Source: Mobula hypostoma (taxonomy: Eukaryota). From it: a stretch of 64,000 nt of DNA. A program made the position numbers and the translations under genes. Under the pieces are notes generated by a model. The model was given only the letters and a program-made list of their open reading frames with translations. It had not been told where the DNA came from and ran no database searches. The stretch is from NCBI RefSeq assembly GCF_963921235.1, contig NC_086108.1, forward strand, positions 111,168,001 through 111,232,000, given 5' to 3'. Positions within the stretch are counted from its first letter, which is position 1. Every line of letters starts with the position of its first letter. This document shows, piece after piece, positions 24,803 through 37,300 of this stretch.

Positions 24803-26280
24803 TAACTTCCAGTTCCCCAGTCCCGACTGCTTCATTTTCACTATGGATGTCCAATCCTTATACACCTCCATTCCCCATCAAGAAGGCCTCAAAGCCCTCC
24901 GCTACTTTCTGGACAATAGACCTCACCAGTTCCCCACCACTACTACCCTCCTCCGGTTGGCAGAACTGGGACTCACACTTAATAACTTCTCTTTTGGCTC
25001 TTCCCACTTTCTTCAGACCAAGGGTGTAGCTATGAGCACTCGCATGGGCCCCAGCTATGCCTGCCTCTTCGTTAGTTATGTGGAACAGTCTGTGCTCCAA
25101 ACCTATTCTGGTACTGCTCCCCAACTTTTCCTTCGCTACATTGATGACTACATTGGTGCTGCTTCCTGCACCCATGCTGAGCTCGTCAATTTCATTGACT
25201 TTACTTCTAACTTCCACCCAGCCCTCAAATTCACTTGGTCTATCTCGAACACTTCTCTCCCCTTTCTTGATCTCTCGGTCTCCATCTCTGGAGACGGACT
25301 GTCCACTGACATCTTCTACAGGCCCACTGACTCTCATAACTACCTCGACTATACCTCTTCCCACCCCCACCACATGCAAAAATGCCATTGCCTATTCCCA
25401 GTTCCTCCGTCTCTGCCACATCTGCTCTGAGGATGAGGTTTTCCGTTCCAGGTCATCTCAAATGTCCTCTTTCTTTAAGGATCGTGGTTTCCCTTCTGCC
25501 GTCATCAATGATACCCTCACCCACATCTTCTCCATTTCCTGCACCGGCCCTCACCCCATCCTCCCGCCACCACAACAGGGACAGAGTTCCCCTTGTCCCC
25601 ACCTACTACCCCACCAGCCTCTGGATCCAGCACATTATGCTCTGCAACTTCTGCCACCTTCAACAGGACCCCACCACTAAGCACCTATTTCCCTCTCCAA
25701 CCCTCTCCGCTTTCCGCAGGGATCAGTCCCTCCGCGACTCCGTTATCCGCACATCCATCCCGGATCTCCTACCCGGCACTTATCCCTGTAAGCGTAAGTG
25801 CTACACCTATCCCTACACCTCCTCTCTTGCCACCATTCAGGACCCCAAACAGTCCTTCCAGGTGAGGCAACACTTCACTTGTGAGTCTGTTGGGGTCATC
25901 TATTGCATCCGGTGCTCCCGGTGTGGCCTCCTCTACATCGGTGAAACCCAACGCAGATTGGGGGACCGCTTCATCGAGCACTTCCACTCCGTCCGCCACA
26001 ACAGACAGGATCTCCCGGTAGCCACCCACTTCAACTCTGCTTCCCATTCCCATTTGGATATGTCCATGCATAGCCTCCTCTACTGCCATGATGAGGCTAA
26101 ACTCAGGTTGGAGGAGCAACACCTCATATACCATCTAGGTAGTCTCCAGCCCCTTGGTATGAACATAGAACCAACTTCCGGTAATTCCCTCCCCTCCCTT
26201 CCCCTATCCCTATTTCACTCTGCCCCTCCCCCAGCTGCCTATCACCTCCCTCATGGTTCCGCCTCCTTCTACTACCCATT
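24803..26280 (+). mobile_element. Penelope-like element (RT + GIY-YIG endonuclease), frameshifted
   Basis: MDVQSLYTSIPH, GVAMST, LRYIDD, LPFLD; GVIYCIRCSRCGLLYIGETQRRLGDRFIEH. Confidence 0.92.
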
Positions 26281-26859
26281 CAGCCTTTTTTCAGTATATG
26301 TGGAAAGTTCTGTGAATTTGGTCATACCGTTCTTATTGCTCAGTTCTACCCATGAAGCCTCACTCGATGAGGTCTCCAGTCTGTCCTGACTGAGTATTGC
26401 TGTGACATTTTCAGACCAACAATGCCACCCCTCTCCTTCTAATCTCTCCTTCTCCATCACATCTAAAACAACAGTGCCAGCCACTTCAATTCCTCCTCCC
26501 ATTCTCACACTGACCTGTCCACCCTTGGCCTCCTCCTCTAACAGGCTGAGGCCCAACACAAATCACAGGAGTATTATCTCAATCTCTGCACAACCTGATG
26601 GCATGAACACTGAGCGTCCGTTTTGAGAAACCCTCTCCCTTTTGGTGCGTTTTCCTATTCCCCTCTCCCCTCCCCCCTCCAACCCATCACCCATCCTCAA
26701 CCTCCCCCTTTCGCTTCCCTTCCCTTCCAGTTCCATTCCCCCACTCCACCCACCAAAATCTGGTTGTTTCCATCTGCCATGCACCTCTCCCCTAATAGTT
26801 CCCATTCGCACCTTGGAGTCCAGCACAGCTACCCCTTTGGGGTCCTGCTCAGCAGAAGA

Positions 26860-27150
26860 GCAGGTAGAGCGACAATAAGTGTTGTGCTTTACAGTGATAG
26901 CAATCACCAACAAGGGTTCAATTCCCATCACCATCTGGAAGGAGTTTGCATGTTCTCCCTGTGACTGCATGGGTTTCCTCCCACATTCTGAAGATGTACA
27001 GTTAGGGTTAGTAAATTGTGGGCATCTATGTTGTAAGCATGGAGACACTTGCAAGCTGCCCCCAGAACATCTCAGACTATGTTGGCCATTGATGCTAACG
27101 ATACATTTCACTGTGTACTTCAAAGCACGTGTGACAAAACTAACTTTTTT
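26860..27150 (+). mobile_element. V-SINE (HE1-like)
   Basis: ggagtttgcatgttctccctgtgactgcatgggtttcctcccacattc core. Confidence 0.6.
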
Positions 27151-27574
27151 CATCTCCTTTGCCCTCCAGCAGCTGTCTCCATCTTCACACCTCAGTCAAT
27201 CTCCCCCTTTATAACACCAACTTCACTCATGACCCAGCTGCCTGTCTCTCAACTTCACTCCTTCCCTCCATGGCCTATCACACAACACCCCTCAACTCCA
27301 GCCTCTGGCCTCAACTCTGCTTCCCCTCTCTCCTGGCACTATCCCCTCTCAGCTGTAATACTGGGCTTTCAAGGGTCAAGAATCCTCATTATTCACCATA
27401 GTCATGTATCAGAAATTTTCTGTGGTGAGTTGGTGACTAAAAATAATGGGTAAAGAATTGTTTAAAAACAAACAGGTTAAAGTGTTAATACATATAACAT
27501 GCATATGCAGTATGTGCAAAAGTCTTAGGCACCAGAGCTGTGCATGACACAGCACATAAACAAATCCTAGCTAC

Positions 27575-28523
27575 ATATATCCATATAACAATTACAGCAC
27601 GGAAACAGGCCATCTCGGCCCCTCTAGTCTGTGCTGAATGCTTACTCTCACCTAGTCCCACCAACCTGCACTCAGCCCATAACCCTCCATTCCTTTCCTG
27701 TCCATATAGCTGTCCAATTTAACTTTAAACGACAACATCGAACCTGCCTCAACCACTTCTGCTGGAAGCTCGTTCCACACAGCTACCACTCTCTGAGTAA
27801 AGAAGTTCCCCCTTATGTTACCCCTAAACTTTTGCCCTTTAACTCTCAACTCATGTCCTCTTGTTTGAATCTCTCCCACTCTCAATGGAAAAAGCCATCC
27901 ATGTTAACTCTATCTATCCCCCCTCAATTTTAAATACCTCTATCAAGTTCCCCCACTACCTTCTACGTTCCAAAGAATAATGACCCAACTTGTTCAACCT
28001 TTCTCTGTAACTTAGGCGATGAAACCCAGGTAACATTCTAGTAAATCTTCTGTGCTCTATTTTGTTGACATCTTTCCTATAATTCAGTGACCAAAAACTG
28101 CACACAATACTCCAAATTTGGCCTCACCAATGCCTTGTACGATTTCAACATTACATTCCAACTCCTATACTCAATGTTCCGATTAATAAAGACCAGCATA
28201 CCAAAAGCTTTCTTCTCCACCCTATCCACATGAGATTCCACCTTCAGGGAACTATGCACCATTATTCCTAGATATCTCTGTTCTACTGCATTCTTCAATG
28301 CCCTACCATTTACCATGTATGTCCTATTTTGATTAGTCCGACCAAAATGTAGCACCTCACATTTATCCGCATTAAACTCCATCTGCCATCTTTCAGCCCA
28401 TTCTTCTAAGTGATCTAAATCTCTCTGCAAGCTTTGAAAACCTACTTCATTATCCACAACTCCACCTATCGTAGTATCATCTGCATTCTTACTAATCCAA
28501 TTTACCACCCCATCATCCAGATC

Positions 28524-28561
<38 letters not shown>

Positions 28562-29405
28562 CAAACAACATTGGACCCAGTACAGATCCCTGCGGCACAC
28601 CACCAGTCACCGGCCTCCAATCTGACACAGTTATCCACCATTACTCTCTGGCGTCTCCCATCCAGCCACTGCTGAATCCATTTTACTACTTCAATATTAA
28701 TACCTAACGATTGAACTTTCCTAACTAACCAACGTGGAACCTTGTCAAAGGCTTTACTGAAGTCCATATAGACACCATCCACCACTTTACCCTCGTCAAC
28801 TTTCCTAGTAACCTCTTCAAAAAATTCAATAAGATTTGTCAAACATGACCTTCCACGTACAAATCCATGTTGACTGTTCCTAATCAGACCCTGTCTATCC
28901 AGATAATTATATACCATCTCTAAGAATACTTTCCATCAATTTACCCACCACTGATGTCAAACTCACAGGCCAATAATTGCTAGGTTTACTCTTAGAACCC
29001 TTTTTAAACAATGCAACATGAGCAATACGCCAATCCTCCGGCACCATCCCCGTTTCTAATGACATTTGAAATATTTCTGTCAGAGCCCCTGCTATTTCCA
29101 CACTAACTTCCCTCACGGTCCTAGGGAATATCCTGTCAGGACCCGGAGACTTGTCCATTTTTATATTCCTTAAAAGCGCCAGTACATCCTCTTCTTTAAT
29201 CTTCATAGTTTCTGTAACTTCCCTACCTGTTGCCCTTATCTTACACAATTCAATATCCTTCTCCTTAGTGAATACCGAAGAAAAGAAATTGTTCAGAATC
29301 TCCCCCATCTCTTTTGGTTCCACACATAGCGGTCCACTCTGATTCTCTAAGGGACCAATTTTAACCCTCACTATCCTTTTGCTATTAATATAACTGGAGA
29401 AACCC
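27575..29405 (-). mobile_element. CR1 LINE (young subfamily), RT + 3' UTR
   Basis: KSPGPD, QHGFVRGRSCLTNL, GVPQGSVLGP and RGNFFTQRVV; 3' end nearly identical to that of the 57912 copy. Confidence 0.9.
28528..28559. repeat. (TA)n microsatellite expanded within the CR1 RT
   Basis: About 16 TA units; absent from the sister copy near 58870. Confidence 0.9.
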
Positions 29406-30683
29406 TTGTTTTTACATGTGCCCAAGACTTTTGCAGTATTGTAATCTTGTATTGCACTGTACTGCTGCCACAAAAAAAAATCATGACATATGTGAGTGAT
29501 GATAAACCTAATTCTGATATGGGTCTCTATTGTGGACTGTGAGTGGGAAGGGGGCAGGGAGAGGGGAGGGTGCAGGAAGCACCAGAGACATCCTGTAATT
29601 ATCAATAAACCAATTGTTTAGAATCAAATGATCTTGCCTGGAGGCCCAGGGCTGGGTGTGTATGCACCCATGCCACCCCCTGCCCTGGCAACCTCCCATG
29701 GCGCTCCACCCTGGCCATTCCCAACATCCTTTGTTCCTGCCAGATTTACAAACTCACTCTCTGCTCCACATTGATAAATGCAGTACTGTACATGTGTATG
29801 CATATATACACATGCTACAATGTACTGTACTGCAAAAGTAATATCTAAGACTCTTGCACAGTACTGTACATACTAGCCTGCATTTATAATATAAAGGACA
29901 TTATAATAATGTTTACAGTGCAGTGACTGAGATGAGAGACGGGGGTGGGATGGCTAACTAGAATGGTTGATCAGATCAACTGCCCGGGGGAAGAAACTTT
30001 TAAGATGACGTGGTTTTTGTTTTAAGGCCCCTATATTGCTCTCCAGAAGTGAACTTCTGGAATAGGCATTTTGCAGGATGGGATTTTTTCTGCCTGCTTT
30101 TTACTGAATACACACAAGTCCTGCAGTAACAGTAGACTGCTGGCAATGACCTTCTCCGCTGACCTGACAGCTCACTGTAGTTCTTGTGTATTGTGAGAGG
30201 ATGCTGCACCAGACCAGACAGCGATGGCTGACGTGAGGATGCTCTCTGTGATGGCAGTGTGGAATTGCACCAGTATGTTCAACCACCACAAGTATTCGAA
30301 TCATCACCACCACTGGCCCGTTCCACACCCCCGCTGATGCAGTGCCTCCGGCAAATGGTGTGTTACTTCTACAGATGCACAGCAGACGGCATACTAACAA
30401 GCTGTATAACTGCTTTGTCCAGCAACTACACTGCAATGGGCAGGAAAGCTCTAAAACAGGTAGTCAAAACTGCCCAAATACATCACCGGCACCAGCCTAC
30501 ATGCCATCAAGGACACGTACAGAGAAAGGCGTCGGAAAAGGGCCAGTAATGTGGAGGGTCAAGCATTCCAGCATCTACAGTCCCTTGTGTCCCCTTGCTC
30601 CTTAGAGACCTTGCTTGTAAGAAAACAAAGTGGAAAAAATTCCATTTTTCATGAGGCAACACTAAAAACATTTTGGAAACAAC

Positions 30684-31047
30684 TTTATTTTGTGAAACAA
30701 AAACTCGCATTAATTTGTAGACAATGAAAAGAAAACAGAGTTAGGGAACAAACTGATTATAGAAAGCACTGGAAAATGTAACAATAGTTCAGGAGTTGTT
30801 GTCTTGGCAATGGAAGACCATGAAACAATGATGTGATAATTATCCAAATTACCCAAAATACAATTGATAATTTAAAGCAAAAAATCATAAAATAATGATA
30901 GCAAGAATTAATATACATAGAAGACAGGACACATGCATGTCAGAACAGGATATCTCCCACCTGAATGTATTGTGAATGAGTGACGAGAGGTTAAGGTCAT
31001 GCAGATTGGCCACATCTGTAAATGATTCAAGTTATTAAATCTTTATT
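30684..31047 (-). terminator. Candidate CTBS polyadenylation signals (AATAAA on minus strand at 31042-31047 and 30684-30689) in an AT-rich 3' UTR
   Basis: TTTATT on plus strand about 160 and 515 nt past the stop codon, in non-repetitive AT-rich sequence. Confidence 0.5.
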
Positions 31048-31201
31048 GCAAACTGCATTAGTACCTGAATGGAAGTTTGATGATTAGATAATATGTCGAA
31101 GTCATTTTTAAGGTTTGAGCTAGCTTCTTTGTTAAGATTACTTGCAAAAGGAAAATTATCCTCTCTGGTGACGGTGAGATGGGCCCAGCTCAGGACATTC
31201 T

Positions 31202-31387
31202 TCAGGTAGGGTATAGAGCAGTCCACATTTCTTCAGTCTGCTTCTTGGCTGTAGTGGTATTGCTGTAGTCCAGGAGGTTTGCATTCCACATGCCTATACC
31301 CCGGAGATTGAACTTTACCAAGAGCAACGCCTTCTTTGAAATGCTCTGCGGATCATCGTACCAGACCTCGTGGTACGTCTTATTCAC
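31202..31387 (-). CDS. CTBS: CTBS exon 7 (terminal coding part), 186 nt
   Basis: ggcag|VNKTYHEVWYDDPQSISKKALLLVKFNLRGIGMWNANLLDYSNTTTAKKQTEEMWTALYPT*. Confidence 0.95.
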   Translation of the reverse strand: MNKTYHEVWYDDPQSISKKALLLVKFNLRGIGMWNANLLDYSNTTTAKKQTEEMWTALYPT

Positions 31388-34300
31388 CTGCCACACAAAC
31401 CAAGTGTTACATGGAGAATAGTTCACTCACTTGATTAAATCTCTATAAAATGAAATAGGGTCATGGAGTCAGAGGTCATGGTTAAAGGGTGAAAGGTAAA
31501 TTGTTTAAGGGGAACAAACTCACTCAGGGGGGTGCTGAGAGCGTGAAAATATCTGCTAGAGTTAGTGTATAGTTTAGGTTCAATTTCAACATTGAAGAGA
31601 AGTTTGGATAAGTACATGGATAGGATTAGTAGACTAATGGAGTAGATGGGCCAAAGGGCTTAGTGTTCTACCACTCTGGGATTGGGCAGAATAACATCAA
31701 CCTGCACCCGGATCCCTTCATATCCCTCCCACCCATACTAGACCATCATTCTTACCATGTAGATGTAATATGGGGCTTTCTGATCATCGTCCCAAAACCT
31801 GCCCGTAATCGATTTGTCAACTTGTTGCATTATCTTCTTGTACGGGATCTGTGTCCCAGCTGCATCACTGCATGGGGCTCCGCGAAAAGGAACACTTTGC
31901 AAATCACACCTACCAGCCTGAAAAAGGAGAAGAGCTGAATGGTAATTAACTCGTCGTCGTGGCTATCCCTCGAGGTCGAGGATGATGGTCTTCGTTCTGA
32001 AGAAGTGGACCACAGAGTGAAGAAGCCTGTGCGTGTATTTGTTTAACGTGTACTTGATGTTGCACTCCAAGAAGCAGACGATACTTCACAAATCAATCAA
32101 CTGATGCCAATGGCATGGAAACCACGACGATTGGAGCTGACGGATTTGTTGCAGCCTTCCTCTGCCTTCACAGCCGTTGAGTTCGAAGTAACTTATTAAG
32201 TAAATAATTATAGTAACATTGATTTAGAGATTCCACACAGTAACAGGCCCATCCAGCCCATGTCACTAATTAACCTACCAACCTGTACATCTTTGGAATG
32301 TGGGAGGAAACCCACTTGGTCACTAGCACTGAAAACTTCACACCACCTTAAATGGATAGGGTCACTTGTCTTGTAAAGGCACTGTCCAGAAGAGAATAGC
32401 AAACCACTTCTGTAGAAAACTTTGCCAAGAACACTGTTTATAGACCATGAACGGCCACGTCATACCACTGGCACATAATGAACAAATGATATATCCTTGG
32501 ATATTAAATTTACTTTTGAACTTTGAGTAGTTAATTCATTCCTTGAGACATGTAAACTATCAGAGAACAACTTGCACAGTAAAACATGACATTCGAAATA
32601 ATTATACAAAGAACTAAATATCTTACCTCAGACATATGGATGCAAGGGTAATCATAACCATACCATGGGACTCCCAACACCAGTTTCTTTGGATCAATAC
32701 CCAGCTTTAAATAGCCATTAATACCTAAAAGGAAAGGGAAAATTTGATTTGATTTTGGGTCAAACACTGAAAGTTGTAAACTCAGCCAGCTCCATCATGG
32801 GCACTAGCCTCCCCAGCAATAAGGACATCTTCAAAGAAACAATACCTCAAAACTACTACTACGTCGACTCAGGCCTAGGGGGCCGGCGCCAGGCACAATG
32901 ACGGACTCTCCACTTTTCCTTCTCCCTCAGTGTGTTCAGTTCATCTACATTAGCCGTGCCGCTAATACCTCAAAAAGACAGCATCTATTAAGGACCCCCA
33001 TCACCTAGGAGATGCCCTCTTCTTACTGCTACCATCAAGGAGGCGGTACAGAAGCCTGAAGACACACTGAACGTTTTAGGAACAGTTTCTTTCCCCTCTG
33101 CCAGATTTCTGAATGGACAATGAACCCAGGAACACCAATTTTTGCACTTGCACATTTAATTGAATTTATTTATACACAGTACTTCCAAATTTTAAGCCTA
33201 AATAAACAGCAATATACTGCTGCTGCAAAACACCAAATGTCGCTCCTTCCATCAATGACTAAACCAGATGTTGAAACACGATAGGTAGACCAGGCACAAA
33301 CAAGGTGAGCAGTCTTTGTACCTGATTCTGTCTGGTAATAGGGTGCATTCGCCTTTGCAACACAATCGTCCCATATCTGGCTCTGTATATCATAGGACAT
33401 GACGAATAAAAAGTCACAGGAGTTTGCAATTTCCACGTAATCATAGCATCGTCCATCAATGCAATCCGGAGACCAAGCCACATCAAACGTAACCTGAGGA
33501 ACAGTTACAAGTTAATTTCATTTTACGGCACTCATTCCATATTTCCCGACGACTTGGGAGGTCCATTGACTTAATGTGACTCTCAGAGCAGTCCCACTTT
33601 TCAATGTTGTTGCAGTCCTATCCTGGGAATGAAAGGGTTAATGGATGAGAAGCATTTGATGGCTCTGGACCTGTACTCACACTGGAGTTCAGAAGAATGA
33701 GGGGGATCTCATTGAAACCTATCGAATATTGAAAGGTTGAGATAGAGTGGATGTGGAAAGTAAATTTCCTATAGTGGGAAAATCTAGGACCAGAGGACAC
33801 CACTTCAGAATAGGACATCCCTTTGGAACAAAGATGAGGATGGTGAACCTGTGAAATTCATTGCCACAGCCCCCTGTGGAAACCAAGTTATTGGGTACTT
33901 TTAAAGTGGAGGTCAATAACTTCTTGATTAGTCAGGGTATCAAAGGTTACAGGCAGAAATCAGGATAATGGGGTTAAGAGGGATAATAATCAGCCTGGAT
34001 GGAATGGCAGAGACTTGATGGGCTAAATAGCCCAACTCGGCTCCTATGTCTTATAGTCTATAAAACCCTAGTTAGTATGGAGATACAGCACCAGTCATAG
34101 ACAACAGCTCCAACTATGTTGCTTCCTTACCTGGCACAGCAGATACACTCCTTTGGACACACTGATGATTGAGAGATTCTCCCAATAGTGGTGGGATCTA
34201 CAATTCAGGATGCAAGCTTTTCATATGCTTGAAAGATGCATGACATGCCAGAAAACAAATCCTGGAACACTGGAAAAACTACCACAATTAAGAGCTCCTG

Positions 34301-37300
34301 CCCCACCTGGTCCATTTTTACATTTACCAGTGGACTACATTCATCTACTGGAGTGTCAAGGATACTCAGATGTGTTAGTAATAGTGGACAAATTCTCAGC
34401 AAGAAAAGCCACTGCCACACACACTGCAAAAACACTGCTCAAGAACTATAGTCCTAGAAGGGGATTGCCATGTCTGACAAAGGAACACATCTCACTGGGA
34501 ATGTTTGTCAGGAATTCAGTCGATTGATGAACATTGAATAATCTTTTCATTGTGCAGAGCAGCCAAGAGTGATCAGGACAAGTCAATCAAATGACTGGAA
34601 GCTAATGACTGACTAAGTATCACGAGGAAGTACCATGGTCTACTGTTCTTCCTATGGTCTTTAGTTTCAGAGCAACCCCAAACAAGAAAACTAAACCAAG
34701 TCCACTCAAGGCAGTAACTATGTCCCCACCTCAATCTCACAGAGGCAGAGATACACATTATGGCAGACAGGTAACTATTGTGTGAAATTGTCCAGTCTGT
34801 TTCTCAACAAGTTTCTGCCATATGGGAAGATCCAACATAATCAAGGACAGATCCTGATTCACTCCTCCCCCTCCTTCCCTCTAATTCCCCACTCTGGCTC
34901 CCCTCTTATCTCTTCTCTCCTCACCTGCCCATCATCGCCACTGGTGCCCTCCCCCTTCCCTTTCTCCCATAGTCCACTCTGCTTTCAGATTCCTCCTTCA
35001 ACCCCTTACCTTTTCCACCTATCACCACCCAGCTTACTTCATCACCCCCTAGTTTCACTTATCAGATTCTACCTTATACTCCTTCCCCTACCTTCTTATT
35101 CTGGCAGCTCCTTTCTGGTTTCAGCCCAAAACATCCTCTGTTTATTCATTTCCATAGATGCTACCCGACCTGCTAAATTCCTCCAGCATTGTGGGCAAGT
35201 TGCTCTGGAAACCATGGCCATTGTCTAATCTGCTGGGTCTTTCCACCCAAGCATTTTGTTTTAATTTCAGATTGCCAACATTTGCATTACAATTATAAAG
35301 TGGCTTCTTTACCTGGGACCCTGGTATTTCCTGGTGGAATATTTCTGTGGTTTCCTTCACAAGCTGAGTTAATGCAAAGTATTCCACAGATTGATATGCA
35401 ACAGCTTCTTCCAGATCCAAATTGATTCCATCCAGAAATTGTTTTTTTGCCAGCTGCACTTTACTATGGATCCAAGCTGTTCTGTTAACCTGATCTATAA
35501 TATCCTTTATTGCTACGTCACCTGAAGAGGGAGGAGATACACATTAGCACAGCATCAGCCATAAGATCAGTCATCTTCCGGTCAAGACAGTGCCTGCATA
35601 CATCGCTCGCTTGGTTGACATCTTCTGGATCAATTATATGTTCAAATGTAAGTTTAACGTCAGGGAAATGTATACAATATACATCCTGAAATGCTTTTTC
35701 TTTTGCAAAACATCCATGAGAACAGATAACAGGAATTCTGCAGATGCTGGAAATTCAAGCAACACACATCAAAGTTGCTGGTGAACGCAGCAGGCCAGGC
35801 AGCAACTCTAGGAAGAGGTACAGTCAACGTTTCAGGCCGAGACCCTTCATCAGGACTAACTGAAGGAAAAGTTAGTAAGAGATTTGAAAGTGGGAGGGGG
35901 AAGATCCAAAATTTCCCCCTCCTCATCTCAAATCTCTTCCTAACTCTTCCTTCAGTTAGTCCTGACAAAGGGTCTCGGCCTGAAACGTCGACTGTACCTC
36001 TTCCTAGAGATGAAAACAGATGTCTTTTACATTTATTTTTCATGTTGAATGTGATTCCGGAACTATTGGAGCCTGTGATTTGCTGTTTGGAGAACGTTTG
36101 GGTGTTTCGGTGCTCTATAGTCCGAGGGGATTCCAGGAGGCAGCGGCAGTGTGCAGAAACCTTGTGGTGAGAAGGCTGAGCCAAGGCTCGACTGCATTAC
36201 ACCAATTAAAGTGACTGGAATGAAATGCTGGCTGCCAGCCTTTTTAAAATCTCTGGGGGGGGGAGTGACAGGGGGTTAAAAATAAATAAATAAATCACTT
36301 TGCTACAGAGGGGGAGAATGCTGCCCAAGTTTTCTGCATTTTGGATGTGGACATGGACTGTGGACTTTCCTTCAGTCTTGTGGTTCTTTTTTTGTATTGT
36401 GTTTTTCGCCCTATCTTTCTAATTGTGTGTGGGGAGGAGGATTTTGGGGTCCATGTGCTTGTTGTTTTTGTTTGTTTTTTGAGTGGGGAGGAGGGATGGG
36501 GGGGATCGATAATTGTGCTACTATTCTTTTCTTGGTTTTATGGCCATCTGGAGAAGGATTTCAGAGTTCTATACTGTGATAATAATAAATGAACCTTAAC
36601 AGAGTAACAAGTGAGCTTACGTTTAATGTACCTTTTGTAACAAGAACCAAATGCAACTAGAGCCTGAGACTGGTTGCACCACCGTCTGGAATGGAGAGTC
36701 ACTGCACAGGATCAGAAAAAGCTGCAGAGATTTGTACACTCAGCCAGTTCCATCATGGGCACGAACCTCTACAGCATCGTGGGCACCTTCAACAGGTGAT
36801 GCCTCAAAAAGGTGGAATCCATTGTTAAGGACCCCCATCACACACGTGTGCCCCCTTCTCATTGCTATCATCAAGGTGGTGGCAAATTCAACAATTCAGA
36901 AAGAGCTTGCTCCCCTCAGATTTCTGAATCGACACTGAATCCATGTACATTATCTCAATTTTTCTTGCTCTTATTGCATTACTTAATTTTTTTAAATACA
37001 TTTTATTGTAATTTAACTATTATTGCAATGTACTTCTGCTATAAAACAACATATTTCATGGCATATGCCAGTGATATTAAACCTGATTCTGAAGACCGCA
37101 GACCAGTACAGCACAGTTCAGGCCATTTGCCCACAAGGTTGTGCTGACCTTTTAACCTAACCCTTCCCTTTTCACAAAGCTCTCCACCTTCCTTTCACAC
37201 GTGTCTGAGACTTTTAAATGCCCACTAACATATCTGTCTCTCACCACACCTGGCAGTGTGTTCCATACACTTATCACTGTGTAAAAAAAAACTTAATTCT

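Larger units (their letters stand above)
27508..29441. mobile_element. Small Tc1/mariner-type MITE interrupted by a CR1
   Basis: TIRs cagtatgtgcaaaagtcttaggcac (27508) and gtgcccaagacttttgcagtattg-TA (29418-29443); a minimal relative at about 29826-29870. Confidence 0.6.

Noticed and set aside
30575..30730. Plus-strand peptide VPCVPLLLRDLACKK as paralog exon 6
   Set aside because: Cys spacing and motifs do not match, and there is no phase-0 acceptor in that frame; better explained as the CTBS 3' UTR end on the minus strand.
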